Part shown: positions 63,542 through 64,000 of the stretch, piece by piece
Position numbering within the stretch: position 1 is the first letter of the stretch
Layout: each line of letters opens with the position of its first letter
Virus record (IMG/VR): IMGVR_UViG_3300045988_080466
Length of the DNA stretch: 64,000 nt
Reading direction: 5' to 3' (one strand)
Source of the DNA: a virus
Program-made: the position numbers and the translations under genes
The notes under the pieces: generated by a model
Databases searched by the model: none
Seen by the model: only the letters and a program-made list of their open reading frames with translations
Told to the model about the DNA's origin: nothing

Positions 63542-64000
63542 TCACATAAGGAGTGATTTGTCTGACCTTGACAACGGGCACAGAAGAGATTCTTCACTGG
63601 AGTATACACTTCTTTCTTTTTTGTTTCTTTTTTGGATTGCTTTTTCATATTTATCAAATGCTTTAACTACCATACGTTCTACAGTGGGATTGTTTTTTCT
63701 TTTATAAAAGTCATTCCACCTTCCTGTTTTATAAATCCAGTTAATGTCTTCGGAGTTTACATAACTTATTAAAATTACTTCACTTCCCCAACTTGATTCA
63801 TAGTTGACCAATTCCCCACCTACCATTAAGGTAAAATGGTTGCAATTAACCAAACTATTTCCTCCAACATAAGATTGTCTACTCTTAAGAGCTCTCCTTG
63901 CTTTTAGTCGATTGGTTTTACAGAATTTCTTTGAGAAAGTCCAATCCTCTATTGCAAGTTTATACTTTATCTTACGTTTATCAAGTTCACGGGCCACTAA
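63542..64000 (-). CDS. hypothetical protein, probably 5'-truncated by the window edge
   Basis: The track start is GTG at 63997, but the frame stays open through 64000 (TTA). The true start may lie outside the window. Confidence 0.4.
   Translation of the reverse strand, partial: LVARELDKRKIKYKLAIEDWTFSKKFCKTNRLKARRALKSRQSYVGGNSLVNCNHFTLMVGGELVNYESSWGSEVILISYVNSEDINWIYKTGRWNDFYKRKNNPTVERMVVKAFDKYEKAIQKRNKKERSVYSSEESLLCPLSRSDKSLLM

Noticed and set aside
1-64000. tRNA genes, CRISPR arrays, transposases or integrases, DGR reverse transcriptase and repeats.
   Set aside because: The few intergenic gaps (for example 22161-22274, 36673-36882, 43116-43346, 57518-57613) contain no cloverleaf-type T-arm motif (GGTTCGAAT-like) and no regularly spaced direct repeats. 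No ORF shows RT, integrase or DDE motifs. This was a by-eye scan only, so a tRNAscan or repeat finder should confirm it.
1-64000. Stop-codon reassignment (TAG or TGA recoding), as known in some crAss-like lineages.
   Set aside because: Genes with well-known homologues (PolA, NrdD, PncB, NadE, Pnkp, ligases) are full-length and uninterrupted under the standard code, and TAA, TAG and TGA all occur at sensible gene ends.

Overview
AT-rich, extremely gene-dense dsDNA phage segment. Most neighbouring genes abut or overlap by 1-25 nt, and I found no rRNA, tRNA, CRISPR array or transposase. All homology calls rest on motifs read by eye; no search was run.

Layout:
- 3-9865 (+): three very large ORFs. 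The first is open to the window edge; the others are 1127 aa and about 1540 aa. They resemble the giant virion or ejected proteins of crAss-like phages.
- 9878-9921: a bidirectional hairpin terminator where the two transcription directions converge.
- 9927-64000 (-): about 100 co-directional genes.

Recognisable genes on the minus strand:
- DNA replication and recombination: family-A DNA polymerase, DnaB-like helicase, Dda-like SF1 helicase, SF2 helicase, primase, ATP-dependent DNA ligase, Sak4-like ATPase, PD-(D/E)XK nucleases.
- Nucleotide metabolism: NrdD/NrdG, ThyX, dUTPase, dNMP kinase, HAD nucleotidase.
- RNA repair: a T4-like Pnkp and an RNA ligase.

Four minus-strand promoters match the Bacteroides TTTG / TAnnTTTG consensus. 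Together with the gene content, this points to a Crassvirales-like phage of a Bacteroidota host; this is an inference.

Most interesting observations:
1. A contiguous array encodes the whole nicotinamide-to-NAD+ Preiss-Handler route (PncA, PncB, NadD, NadE) plus a Nudix hydrolase and SLOG/deoxyribosyltransferase-like ORFs. It is a candidate NAD+ reconstitution counter-defence that differs from the Nampt-based or ADPR-PP-based phage pathways.
2. Four tandem, otherwise divergent paralogues share the N-terminal peptide QS[IV][ST]D[LIV]ITNSS[ST]E.F. They sit just upstream of a radical SAM enzyme and an ADP-ribosylglycohydrolase.
3. Other candidates: an RlmN/Cfr-like radical SAM methyltransferase, a possible DUF2829/Tad2-like sponge, and a ferritin-like gene in a visibly G+C-richer patch.
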